Of a stretch of DNA of 64,000 nt, positions 51,324 through 64,000 are shown piece by piece. The notes under the pieces are model-generated. The model made no database searches and had not been told where the DNA came from. It saw only the letters and a list, made by a program, of their open reading frames with translations. The DNA comes from Callorhinchus milii (lineage: Eukaryota). The stretch is taken from NCBI RefSeq assembly GCF_018977255.1, contig NW_024704742.1, positions 19,656,001-19,720,000 of the forward strand. The letters are read 5' to 3'. The position numbers and the translations under genes are program-made. Each line of letters begins with the position of its first letter. The first letter of the stretch is position 1.

Positions 51324-54300
51324 CTGTAGTGTTTGGAAAGTAATATCTCTACATAGGCTTCCTTGTTAATATGAAAGGAGTACTGGTGAGAAGCTTAGTT
51401 TGTGAGATATTGTGCCATATTTCTAGTTCACTGCACTCCGTATTTTCAGTTTACACAACCCATCAGTTTGTGCACGTTAGTTGTTGCTGCCGGTTTCTGC
51501 TCGGGGAATTCCACAGCTATAAATTATCCTTGTGCATTCACATGCGCACTGTTTTATTTTAAGCATATGAAGATTGCCAAAACTATTAGCAGATGGAATA
51601 GGGGGGGGTGCAAACCAGTATTCCCACTGTACGTCTGACCTTTTCATGCGTATGTATTGACACTGTTAAATCCCCAGCAACTGAGAGATCAATCTCTGGA
51701 TCACCTTAAACTTTTTTTCCTTTGTGTCCTGAAGGAACAGAATTACAACATAAGCCTTACAATTGCTATGGTGCCTATAACGTTCAAAATATCCCAAAGA
51801 GCATCACAGGAAATTGCTGTCAAGTTTTGTGTCTTGTAGAATTTACACATATTTATGCATGTCTCACAAACGGTAAATGATTGATTAAACCGGTGATCAT
51901 TTTTCACATCAGATAAACTCCCTTCTCTTCTTGATTGTGCCTTTTGATCTTTAAAGTTTATCTGAGCATGCAGGTGGGAACTGGTTTTAACGTGACATCT
52001 GTAGGTTGACAAATCTTGTAATTCGGCCCTCCCCCAGCATTGTACTGGAGTGTCAGCCTTAGACTATGAACTCAAAAGGCTTGACTTGGGATTTGAATCC
52101 ACAAGCCTCCAATGCAGAGGCGAGTATTACCAGCCTTGGTCAAGATGGGTATGGTTTCACAGGTACCGATTGTCCTTACCTCACCTAAGTAGCCATTCAT
52201 ATATTTAACCTTAACCATGGAATAGATGGGAAAAGGATAGCACATCAGTCTAATTCTATACCCAATACTTTCTAAGGGTTTGGTTTCAAGCGAATCCCTT
52301 AGATTTCTCACCTTCTTAGCCCAGAGACCTTACACCAATTGCTGCGCTCTCAGTTTTTCCAAGGTCAAGAAACTATTCACAAATGTTTGTACCTACATAA
52401 TCTTTCCATTCTGTATTATCAGAAAATCTGCGCCTTTATCTGTCGGGCCATTTTAGATGCTTTTCAACCAGTGTATCCGTGTTTAATGTTACTGTTCAAC
52501 AGGCCTCCTTGCTCAGTACAGCTGGATGCTTAATTTAAAATCTGGAGGCTGTAAAGGAGAATTCAGGGTACATACTAACATGCATTATTAAATGTTTACA
52601 TTGTGTGCTGGAAATGCTTTTTTGCAGAAGTTACTCCTGGCATCCAGACAAAAAAATCCTCCTTGTTGTACGTAAAATGGTCTTTCTGTTTGCCAACAAA
52701 ATATACATTACACTTGACAGCGATTCCCTTTGAAGTGCTTTTTTGACATTTTTGACCTTACAGATGTTGCATCAAATTATTATTGTAGATTTTTTTTAAA
52801 CTTTCTTGAAATGAGTAGTTCCAACCTCCTGAAAGCTGTACTTCAATGTATCATATCCTATTGTATATATGGGCAGAGGATGTGGAGAAAATAACTTCTC
52901 AGCTGACATGAACCTCTGGGTCATTGGAAACCACACAAATCATCACATGACAGAGTGTGGTGTGACCAGGAAATATTGCAACTAAGCACTTTGGGCTCTG
53001 ACGGGCACATCAAAATCAACAGTAATGAAGATGTCATTCACGAATGATCAGGCAAATTAATTTATCTTGCAACCATGGCTGTGTGTGCTGCGATTGAACC
53101 TGTATTAAAATTCTACATCCGTGCTTTAAACCATTTTCAGAAGAGGAAGAAATGTTTTACTCCCTCTTTCCCCCCCCCACCCCCCCAACCCTCGCCATTT
53201 ATAAGTTTACTTTTGTATCTATTTTAGCAACAGTTGCATAACTATTTGTTGTGGTGTATAGTTTGGTTAACTGGCTTGCGTCAATAATGGTTGTAGCTAT
53301 GTAACATAGGAACCGCATGGTGTCTCAGGAGGATTAGATCACTGTGCTGTTACAGTGTGCTGTAACCCAAGGAGAATTGATTTGAATTGGTACATTTTGT
53401 CTCTTAATAGTGGTATTTACGTAGTGAACTAAGTTTTGTCTATTATACATAAGTGTTTTATTCTCCTCCGCATACCCCCCCCCCCCACCCGTTCCCGATG
53501 GAGAATACTGTTCAGCCGTGTTACAATACACAATACAAAATTACATTTGTAAAACGCCTTTCACGTTGGGAGGACTGTCCACAAGACGCTGGACAGTCAG
53601 GGATTTGGACCCGAGCAGCGGGGAGGCATTGGAATCAGGTAGGAGAGGAGTCAAACGTGAGGTCAAACAGGAGGGTCTTAAGCTGTGAAGGCAAAGCGAA
53701 GGGACTGTGGGATGGAGTCCCAAAGGGTGGGGGCAGAGAGGCTAATGGTGGGGCGGCCCGGGCGGGGGATTTGGAGCAAGCAAGTTGATATGGGGTTAGC
53801 AGGTCACAGAGGTACAACAACCAGACTCACCGAAACCACAGCAAAATAGACTGAAGGAAACCCAACGCTTAATGGACACAGCATTCGGAGAAACTACATC
53901 CCAATAAATGATAATTTTTTTTAAAAAAAAGGCATTTCAAGAACTTCATAATCTGTCAACACATTATGTCAAATGTATCCATCCTTCATGAAAGGTGCTC
54001 TATAAAGGCAAGTGGTGGTGGTTGATTTGGAACAGAAGATCCAGCTTATGTCTTTGCGTGGTGGGTATTGAGCTGAATGATTGTGGAGTAGCCCACTTCA
54101 CAATTGCAGAAAATGGCAGTGTGAGGTGAGATGGGTCTCTCTGCCAATACTAAATGGAACAATGCTACCTTTTTATTTATTTATATATATATGTATACAT
54201 ACATACATACATACACACACACACCACATGAACTAGAAGGTAGCCTACAAAATGCAGTCACTACATTTTACAATTCTGTAAATCTTGCAAAGTTCTATGA

Positions 54301-55728
54301 GATGTCCTCCTGACTTGAATGGCGGTCGATCAAAAATGCGGATTTATTAGAAGAGTTAGAAAATGAAATACTAGCAAATGTTTGTGTATTAAAATGCAGC
54401 TTGAGATGTCAGCCCTGCAATTTTAAATTCTGTTCCTGGTTGTAGTTGTTACAGCAGCTACATACAGCAGGTGGTGTTTCTCCATGTGTTTCTTTTAATC
54501 GATATGTTATCTGTGCTGTTAATGGTGGCTGCCCCAGAAAACTAGAATGTGAAATTCAAGCTGAAGGCAATGGGAGTGGCAGAAAGCAGCTGCCAAATGA
54601 CGAGAAGTGTCAAATACCTTAGTGCTATTTGGAGAAGTCATTGCATTTTTATTTTATTTTGGTAACTTTCGCCAAAGCTTGTACTGTGAGAGCTACTTTT
54701 TCTGTTCATTAGTATTAATGAGTGACTGGTAGTGGGAGAGAGGGGAATCCTCTTGACGAACCACCTTAAACTCTCTTGAGGATGTTGCAAAGTAGTCAGT
54801 GGAACTCCCTGCGATATAATTAGCTTCGGGCTTCAGATCACTCCTACGTGAAATGATCCTAATTAAACCGAAAGCTGCAGGCGCCCGGCTGCATCATAAA
54901 ACTAGATAAGTTGATTATCTTCCAGATGAGATGTGAATAAACTGAGATCTGGTCCTTCCTGTTCATAGACAGCAGCACAAAATTGATGTGTTAGGCACAG
55001 AAACAAGCCGTTCGGTACATCGGGTCTACACTGCACAGGAGGAGTGGGAGGGTCGAGACTGATGGTGAAAGGAGCTATGCATGGGTCAATGCAAGGACTT
55101 CTTTTACCTTGTATCAGTGATTCGGTGATAGAATCCTCGCCTGCCTAATCTACATAAATGACCTGAGTTATTAATACTAAGTGTAAATTTACTAAATTTG
55201 TTGGGAGAACCGGAGAGAACGTCGATGGAATGAAAGCATTTCTATCTGCTATGTAAATAGGCGCTGCAATGATTCAGTCGTAAAGAATTGCACGTTGATT
55301 GAAAAGCTTCCTATTAGTCTATAATAGGATGAGAGAGTGGATAAAGTCACTGTTGCATTGAGCCACGTGGGTCGGAAGGTTTGCCCTTCATGCTGAGTTA
55401 GCTAATCTCAGACAAGGCAAACAGGGAACACTAACTCATAAAAAAATTATAATAATCCTTGTATTTGACATAATGCCTTTCACATAGGGAGGTGTCTCAA
55501 TTCACAGTAGTGACTGTGCATTGTAAGGTGAATAAATCAGCCGGTTAGCTCAAAGTCCCACAAAGAGCTACGATGACCTAGAGAAACTCGCATCTCTTTT
55601 CAAATAGTGTTGTGGGATCTTTAATGTACCTGAACAGGCGGACAGGACTCAGTTTACCGTTTCATCTGAAGGACGGAACCTGAAACAATGCAGCGCTCCC
55701 CAGCACTGTATTGAGTGTCAGTCTGGAC

Positions 55729-55809
55729 CAGGGATGGCCGACTTGTGATTTGCATGACTATTCTATGCATGCGTAATGCAGTCTGTGGGCTGCAAATTGT
55801 CCGTTCCTG
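55729..55809. mobile_element. 81-bp hAT-type MITE inside a Deu-SINE (~55450-55890, -)
   Basis: Imperfect TIRs CAGGGATGGCCGACTTG / CAAATTGTCCGTTCCTG; TSD-like gtctggac and gtctagat. Confidence 0.6.
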
Positions 55810-56544
55810 GTCTAGATTGCGAGTTCAATTCTCAAGGTGGAGCTTAAATCCAGACTCGGAGGCAAGAGTGCTGCTCACTGAGTCAGGCTGACGCCAAGTG
55901 ATTTTGTCATACAACTCCTTTAAAATCAGGAGGACGTCCCAAAACACTTCACATCATTCACTGTGACATAAAAGTGTAGCAACCGTGTGTTTAACTGGGT
56001 TCTCAAAAACCTTGGGAGCATTTCAGAATGATTTGGTGAAGAGGGAAAAGTTTTACTGAGCCAAATGGACTAGTCCTTGTGGTTCTTTACCCCCCGGTCC
56101 CCCGTCCCCCAACCATGTGAGTGCTTCAATCTATAATCTTGTTCATGTACCTCACATTTTCTGGTGACCGTGAATTTTTGTTTTACAGTTTCATATTTGT
56201 ATTCCGTTTTCCTGCTGAGATCAGCAAGGTTGCTAAGAGCTGTCAGATGACAAGCACTCACATGACAGCGGTTAAGAAGGTATTGTAGCCAATGTTTGAA
56301 CAACCTTGCAGGGAGAGTCCTAAAATCCTGCCTACATGTGATGTTGCGATTAGCTATTAACTCGTGACACAGGACAGTGTCCTGCTGCGAACTGATTTAA
56401 CTAATGAGGTTCACAGCCTCGTTCATTGTGCATTCTCTGTGGTGTGTTTTCGTGGGAGTTTCACACATCCTCCATGGAAACATTTTTCAAAGCCCATCCG
56501 ATTGAAGGAACGTTATAGTAATGCTATTACTTTATCACTGTTGG

Positions 56545-56900
56545 TGTCCTGTAACGTTGTGATTAACGTGCTCGCCTCGCAAGCAAGTGGACTCGGGTTC
56601 GATTCCCGGTTGGGATAAAACCTTAGACAGTTTCATTATTCCGCATGCTTCTGTTTACCTAGCAATAAGAAGGAACCCAGTTGCTAGTCGATTGGTGGAT
56701 TGCTCTTCCGGGGCTAGTAATCCCTTTAAAGAGTAATAATTTGGTCACTCAATCCACGATTGTTTCTGGGACACTGCTGTGCGCGATTGGCTGCTGTGTT
56801 TCGCTATTGAATACAGTCAATTAATTGTACAGTATATTCTGAAGCACTTTGAGATGTCTCAACAACATCTTAAGGTCCTATAATCAAATGAAATATTATT
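56545..56900 (+). mobile_element. tRNA SINE (long-body subfamily)
   Basis: ctcgcctcgcaagcaag anticodon arm, gggttcgattccc B box, ctgtttacctagca segment. Confidence 0.8.
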
Positions 56901-59900
56901 CCTATAGAAATTAGGAAAATTGCCAAAAAAGCAGCTGTTTTTATAATCAAAGAAAATATTGGGAAGTGTGGGTTTCTGCTTTTTTGTGGAAGTGCACACC
57001 ATGGTTACCTATACTTTTCTGCGTTCTTTCAGCTTTGGCAAGAAGTTGTTGGAAGTACAGTTGTGTCTTAACAAAACATCGATTGATGGCGTGAAAAAAA
57101 GGGCGGAAGTGCGTTCTGTGGAAAGACGAAAGATGGGCAGAATGGAGAATTAATTAATTAAGTGCCATTAGCTGTACTGTGATGTTGCGGCTGCTTGAAT
57201 TAAGCCTGTTCAAGCATCATGAAGAAAGACAGGGACCAAAAAGACGAACGATTACCTGTGTCAAATAAATATTCTGCAGGCAGGTATGCAGTGGAATAAT
57301 ACATGTCTCACTTCTTTTCTGTGCATGTGGTGTTCTGAGATGAGGAGGGTGCCAGTGAGTCACAAATTTTGGGATAAAAAACACAGCCTAATGCCCATGT
57401 TACCATTGCCCTGTGATCACGGTTGGATGCCATCTCAAGAACTTGGTTGTTTGGGGATTTGGGTTACTGGGTTTTGATTAAACCATTTTGAAAAGAGTTG
57501 TTCTGATATTCCCCAGGAAGATCCATCATAGCTTACCCATCCTTTCTCTTCCCCTGCCCCCGCTTTTCCCTGCTGAGGGGAGGTGTAAGCCTGGGGGAGG
57601 TGTAAGCAGAGTTTTCCTGGGGCCGGATTAGCTCCAGAGAGGTGTCTGGTAAAGCTAAGAAAGTAATTGAAGCATTAGCGCATAACCAACCTGTCTCACT
57701 CAGTCCTGAGACTTGTCCTCAGCTCTGTTAGTCAGAATACTAAATGGTAGCAAAATTCTAACTGGAATTAGTGACAATTAGATAAAGCCTGAAATCAGCC
57801 TGGGTGGGGTTGAATGAAGAAGAGGCAATAAATGTTTTTTTCCCTAATCCCAGAGAATATTAGGCGCAGATTGGTAAGAGCCAAAGATTTGTACATCCCA
57901 GAGTGTGGAATGTAACCATAACTTGTTATCGAAAACACCGTCCAGCAAGCTTCCGCTATTCATTCAGCTAGGACTACCCTGCCCGTTTGAGCTTTGGCTT
58001 CCAGGATTTACATGAGCCACGTGGGAAGAATCCCTGCTGCGTGTCTGGTTCTTGAAATCCTACTGTTCAGCCACGCGGTGACTCGTCTGTCATCAGTGAT
58101 GACTTGGAGAACTACAGATCTGCCTAGCTGAGGAAATGAACCATTGAGACTGATACAGGGGTATGCAATTTATTTTGCGGTCTGAAAAGTGGAACCGAAA
58201 GCTATTGGGGAGTTTGTGGGCTATTGTGCTATGGTGTGTAGTATATGTAATACTAATGGCAAGATTGTTGAATGATCAAGCAAGTACTTTCTTCATGTAG
58301 AAGTCTGTTGCCAGGTGGTGGGGAGGGGGAGTTAATAGTGTAAGATTGTGTCCTCTCCGTTCATCCCTTTCCAGCCATTTCTCTGAATATATTTTGAAAA
58401 GGAAATGGGAATATGATGGATAGCTCCAAAGTCCACTGCAGGTATGATGCACCAAAGACCACCTATGCTCAGATTTCTGTGATTCCCTCTGGATCTTCTT
58501 GAGGCCCCACCACTGGTGCGTAGATCAGCTCCACTGGTTCCCTGTCAAAAGATTCTCGTACTTGCCTTCAAATGCCTCCATGGGCTTGCTCTAACTCATC
58601 TCTGTGATCTCCTGCGACCCTACACCCCCAGCCACTCCCTCCACTCTGCTGTCTCTGGCTTCCTGCATGTCCCACCTGCTTTGCCCCACCACCCCATTCC
58701 ACCAATCATGGGTTAACATTGAGCCACCTTGTCCCTTTCCACTGGAGTTCTCTCCCTAGTGCGCTCCCCACCCCCCCTTAAAATGTTTAGAGATGTTGAT
58801 AATAATAATAATTCTTGCATTTGATGTTGCGCCTTATCACATCGTCAAAGCATCTAAATGCTCAATGAATTTTACTGTGAAATGTAGTGACTGTATTTGT
58901 AGGAAGGTTCTTTTGAACTGAAAGGCGCAATATTTATTGTAGATAAGTACAGTTATTGTAGATAAGTTTGGGAAAGTTGCTCCCAGGTTATCCAGTGCTA
59001 TCCTGAAATCTGTTCTCACACGAGATAAGAAGAGATTCAACCCTATTGTTTTCCCTTCGCTCTGCATGAGAAAGAACGTGACCCTTATTAGTTTGCCATT
59101 TGCCTGCAGAGCGGCAAGCTGAGAAAAGGAGTTTAGCATGTGCAGTGTTGAGATCAAACCTCAGGGACAGTGAGGGGGAGCATTGCACTCACTGTGAAAT
59201 AATCTGTTGACATGTAACAAACATCTGCGCCACCAAGTTGTGAGTTGGTGTGATGTGACACACAGTGAAGAGATTTGCTTCTGATTATCCAGGGTCAGAC
59301 AATACAAATTTACATTTTGTATCTGACCTTTCACATCCCAAGGCCCTTAACATCCTGACTTGGCACTCGAGCTGGTGTGGGAGCCAAGGGAGGTAGGGAG
59401 AGGAAAGATGAGCGAAAGCACAGAGATGAGTCTTGATGAATCTTGAAAGAGGTGAGGGAAGGAGCGAGTTGAAGGGACTTTGGGACAAGTTCCAGAGTCG
59501 GCCAGATAAGCTGAAAGCCTGACAGTCGACGGTGGAGGCAGGTAGGGTGGGCGACATGAAGCAAAGGGAGCGGCTGGTTCAGTTCGATTGTTAAATCCAT
59601 TATTTCTAATCTTCGCAAACATTGTCTCATTACATTACATTTATATTCCAAGTATGGTAAAGGTATGATTGAGATGAGGAGGAAAGTGAATTTGTATCTT
59701 AAACCAAGAAGCTGCTAAACTTTGAACTGATGTGAATAAGCTTATTCTGCTTTTTTTTCTTAAGCCTACTCTTCCCACCCCCACCCCCCCAGGCAGGGCA
59801 TTTTTTCATAAAATTCAGGATGCTTCAGATCCAGTGAATTTGGCACATGGGACTGAATGCATTTGTCGATGCTGGCTGGGTGTGCTGTCGTCAGCAGTGC

Positions 59901-62900
59901 CTTGGAATATTGCAGACCCGCCTGACTCAGGATCTGGACTAGCGAGACCACCAGAGAGGGCTGGCTCGATTCCCACATTCTGTTGCCAGACATATCACCT
60001 TGGATCTAGTTCAGCTCCAAGGAAACCCCACTTACCCAACTGCAATTCCAATGCTTCCAATGCTTGCTGGTAACTGCGCAATGACAGTGTAGATTCTTGT
60101 TTAAATTGGATTTCTTACAATTTATATGGTTTGTTTGCAACTCAGACTTTGCATAAGTCATATTAAATCTTATGGACCCGATTATTACTAATAATAATAA
60201 CTGATGCGACTCGTGAGCTTTACTGTATAAATGTAAATTGTTGTTGAGTACAGAGTGGAAGGGGGAAGGAGGGGAAGAGAACAGGGGATCAGATTGAGAG
60301 GGCACTCCGGGTGTGGAGGGGAGATAATAATTTGGATGATAATATCAGCACCAAGTGAACAAAGGACACCAGCGATTTGATTTGATGTTTTTTATAAGCC
60401 AGTTGAGCCCAGTGGAATTGGGTGAATCCAGGGTGTAAAGGATGCGCAGAGGAAATCATCTGTTGGTAATTTCCATCAGCAAAATTATCGCAGGGTCTTA
60501 TCGATAATACTGGTTAAAGTTAAGATACTGAGCCATAATCATGACTAACTTTCCCTCACGTCCCCCACAAAGCCTCTTAAGGAAACCAGGCATTTCCTGA
60601 AGAGAGCAATATTAGCAGATTGGCTTTGTGGGGTGGGGGTGGAATTCACAATTCAAAGTTGAGGCTTTTCAGCAGATTTTATTCCATACATTACATTGTT
60701 TCCTTCATCCTTTTTTAGCCTTCCTGTTACTTTACATGCCTTGGAGTTGTGCAAACATTGGGAGAATCAAACTCTGTGTAACCCTTTTCCTGGTGTTACA
60801 CACGGCAGGTGGGTAATATTGGAACAAGTTAACTGCTGCCTGCAGGAGGGAAGTGGCATTTCCTAAGAGTCGAATGAGTAGCTATGAAAGGAGCAATCAA
60901 CCGGAATAGCTGGGGAATTGAGCCAGCGTTTTTGGCATCCAAGGAAACCCTGATATCCATCTTCCCCAAACCGATTGTGGTTTGTTTTTGTCTTTTTATA
61001 TAAAACAAATTTGGTGCCAATGCACTTTCACAAAATCTGTTCCGATACATTTCAGGCCTGTGTAAAGTAATTCAAAACACACAAGCAGCTGGTTTGCGTA
61101 GATTTTTTTTTATTTATTGTAGATGATTAGATTAGAATGTTTTCTTTAGGGTCAAGGCATGGGGTTAGTGAGTTGTGTTGTTGATGTGTGCCTTTTCATC
61201 CACCCCCCCCCCCTCTCCCTCCTGTTGCCCCCCTCCCAACAAAATAAAATATCAACCCTGACTACCATGTTGGCCCTTGTGTTATTTTATTGCCAAATGA
61301 CTGGCGTTTAAGATGGTTGGTTCAGAATGACCAAAAGCTGTGCTTGGGATTTGGTGAATAAGTCAATAAGCTAAAGTTCGAAGATGCTGCATCCTCATGA
61401 CACTGGTTAAGAAAGAAAATGCAAGCTGCGTTTTCTGTGGCTGTAGCTTGCAATGACTTTGGCCGCTGTTTAGCAACAAAATCCCTAAGATTAGAAAGTG
61501 ATCATGTATTGTAGCTGCTTTGTGCCCCGCAGTGGCAAATCCCAGGGGGATCAGTGGCACTTCATTCCTGTTGGTACCATAGCCGGGTAGTGGGAGTACT
61601 GTGCTGGACAGTGCTGAGTGGAGGTGTGCCTATCAGCAGGAGCTTTGCAGAGGAAGTCATCTGACAGTCTTGTGCTTTGGCATCGATGAGGAGCTGAAAT
61701 AGTCACTGCAATGCATTCAAGGACGGGTTTCCTGTGATTAACTCTCTAGATGCAGGAAGATGCAGCATAGAGAATACAGGTAAAGTACTGGCGAAAGGCT
61801 TGAGAGAGAGCCTGCTTGGGAGGTGTTTGTTGTCACGGGTGAGCTATTACAGCTTGCATTGATCAGTTGAATTGGTGACTGCATTGATCAGTTGAATGGT
61901 GAGACTGTTTCAGCTCTGGTGAAGAGTCACGCCCTGCAACATTAACCCATCTCTCCCTTTCAGATGCTGTTAGACCCACTGTGCATGTCCAGATTTTTCT
62001 TCTGCCTTATTTTTATTTCCTCCAGCAGGTTAAACTCTCGTTCCGCCACTTTGCTTTTGTTTCGACATAAGTAACTTTGGTTTTGTCAGTGAAGTCTGAA
62101 AGGACTTTAATTACCCATTGCTGCTGTCTATCAGATCTGTAGTTTATATTTGGTGAACCCATTAATAAGATATGCTTAATACGTTGCTTATGTAAGTAAT
62201 GCATGATTTTGATCTTTACAACTGAGACGAATTAGAAAACTATGTAAAATGACTCCATAGTAGAACCTGGAACAGCACAAGTGGTTGACTTGACTTCTAT
62301 GACAGCTCAATTAATGCACTTCCACCTGGTGATGATCTGGTTTGCTATTGCAGTTACCCCCTTGTGGAGTTCGTGTGCGACACTCGCTCACTGAGTAGAA
62401 CGAGGTTGGCAATGATGTGGAATTGGAGTGGTGACCGTGTAAATATAACCAGACGATAGGGGAATAATTAACAGTTGTAACTTAGTAAATCCCTTGATGT
62501 TTTAGCATTTCCAATGTTTTTTTAGTAACTGGCTTCAGAGCGACCGAGTGGCACACTGCTGCTGGCAGTCATCAAATAGGCTGTTGTTTGTTTCGGGGAG
62601 GGAATGGGTGAAGGAGGAACTTTTTATTTTGTAAGATGCTGTTTTCCGCAGCTGAACTACACCCAAATTCAAGTTCAATCCCAACTCTTTTGTGGGGGTA
62701 GCTTAACATTGGCTACAGGAGCCCTGTAGCCTGGTGTCTGTCCTGCAATGGGGTTGAGATTTGTGGAATTGGGATATATCTGAAGCCCTCATCACCAGTC
62801 AGTAATTTACACTGCTAATAAGGACTCACGTGTCGACAATTGGATGGGAACTGGGTCAGACTCGGATTTTATGTATCGCATGGTGTATTGACCGTCACTG

Positions 62901-63929
62901 TTCAGATATAACACGGGAACACTGAGGGATATGCATAATGCTGAAATACGGTGCGCCGACTGTCCAGCTTTGTGCGTAAGGCATGCAGGTGATGTGAGTG
63001 GTGACCCTAATGACTCTGGAAGTGCTGGCGAGTTGTCGCATCACAAACTGCTCTGTTAGAACGCGAGGTCTCATTTCATGGACCCCTCCCACCAACACCA
63101 CAAACCTCTGTGTTATAGCAAGATCAGACTGTACTTTCGGCTGGTGGGAATGTCCTGCAACCCTCATGGTGCAAACTGAATTGCCCATTCTTATTTTGAT
63201 TTTCAGGTATATCTAACGATTACATATTTATTTGAATTCTCTTAGAAAACTGTATGCTTTCCTGTCTTGAACATCATGTTTGCATCTCCTCGCTCCTGTG
63301 TGTGTGGGGGGGGGTGTAGAATTTAAGGATTAAATATATGTCATGTCACTGGTGAGGTACCCTGGTCTAGACTTACTCTATTGCCCGTAGCATTTCAGAG
63401 CATACGAAATTTGTCAAATTCTTAAATCATCTTTCATTTCGAGAAAATAAAATGTTCAAAATATTTCTGAGAGCCAGCAGATCGGTGGATAATATTGAAC
63501 CAAGTTGTTACCAGGAAGGATGGTTGAGACTCATTTATATTTTAACAAAAGGTATGATAATCTAACAATAGGGTGGGGGAGATCAAATGGGCCAAAGAGC
63601 ATTCTTCATCCAAACGTTTCTTGTGATCTTGTAATCTCTCCTACATTTCCCTGATTAGTCAATAAAGCCACCACCAGTTGTGAAACAGTCATGTATATAT
63701 TGAAGGCTCCAAATACAGATGTCTGACCTGTACAGTTTTTATGTCTTGACTCGCACCCAAGTCTGAGGACAACTGGAGTACTTTTGGAAGAAGAGGGAAG
63801 AAAAATTGGAGCGGGAGCGGTGAATTTTACAAAATCTTTTTTTGCCCCACTCTTTGTACAGCTGATGTGCAAAGTCACCAGTGGAACATGATTTTTGTTC
63901 TCTAACCCTCTGTTTTTGTCGTGTTGCAG

Positions 63930-64000
63930 CTGGTCACCTGCGGAGTTTGAAATAAGCCAGATTCGATTGATTATTTACCAGGATTGTGAGAGGAGGGGCC
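63930..64000 (+). CDS. FNIP2: Folliculin-interacting protein exon (exon 2 equivalent), truncated by window end
   Basis: gttgcag|C TGG.. [23 protein letters not shown] matches the FNIP N-terminal motif; FNIP2 rather than FNIP1 assigned by synteny with PPID/ETFDH. Confidence 0.85.

Noticed and set aside
61855..61902. 25-bp tandem duplication (similar 17-bp one at ~57576-57607; 9-bp hairpin at 62711-62731)
   Set aside because: Ordinary slippage or chance structures with no supporting context
1..64000. CRISPR array, prokaryotic operon or viral insert
   Set aside because: No regularly spaced repeat-spacer array or long intronless ORFs; content is spliced vertebrate genes and transposon debris

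Overview
Vertebrate nuclear DNA. The repeat content (Deu-domain SINEs, L2 LINEs with (TTG)n tails, CR1 LINEs) and compact introns suggest a cartilaginous fish, probably a chimaera/elephant shark; this is inference. The window holds the conserved C4orf46-ETFDH-PPID-FNIP2 block. A C4orf46 homologue (-) lies head-to-head with a complete 13-exon ETFDH (+, CDS 5570-24218, 621 aa) across a CpG island. PPID/cyclophilin-40 (-) is convergent with ETFDH (exons 2-10, 28245-37750), and a FNIP-family exon begins at 63930 (+). PPID exon 1 and the canonical FNIP2 exon 1 were not found; they should lie near a 25-N gap (41459-41483) that is flanked on both sides by near-identical duplications, including a second copy of PPID exons 2-3 and part of exon 4. 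The rest is repeat-rich intron: a long degenerate CR1, a tRNA-Ala SINE family sharing its 3' end with an L2 LINE, old Deu-SINEs, hAT and Tc1/mariner-like MITEs, and several nested insertions. I found no clearly new biological system. The best leads are the partial PPID duplication (possibly an assembly artefact), a frame-disrupted C4orf46 first exon, a candidate alternative FNIP2 first exon and an unnamed ancient repeat family.
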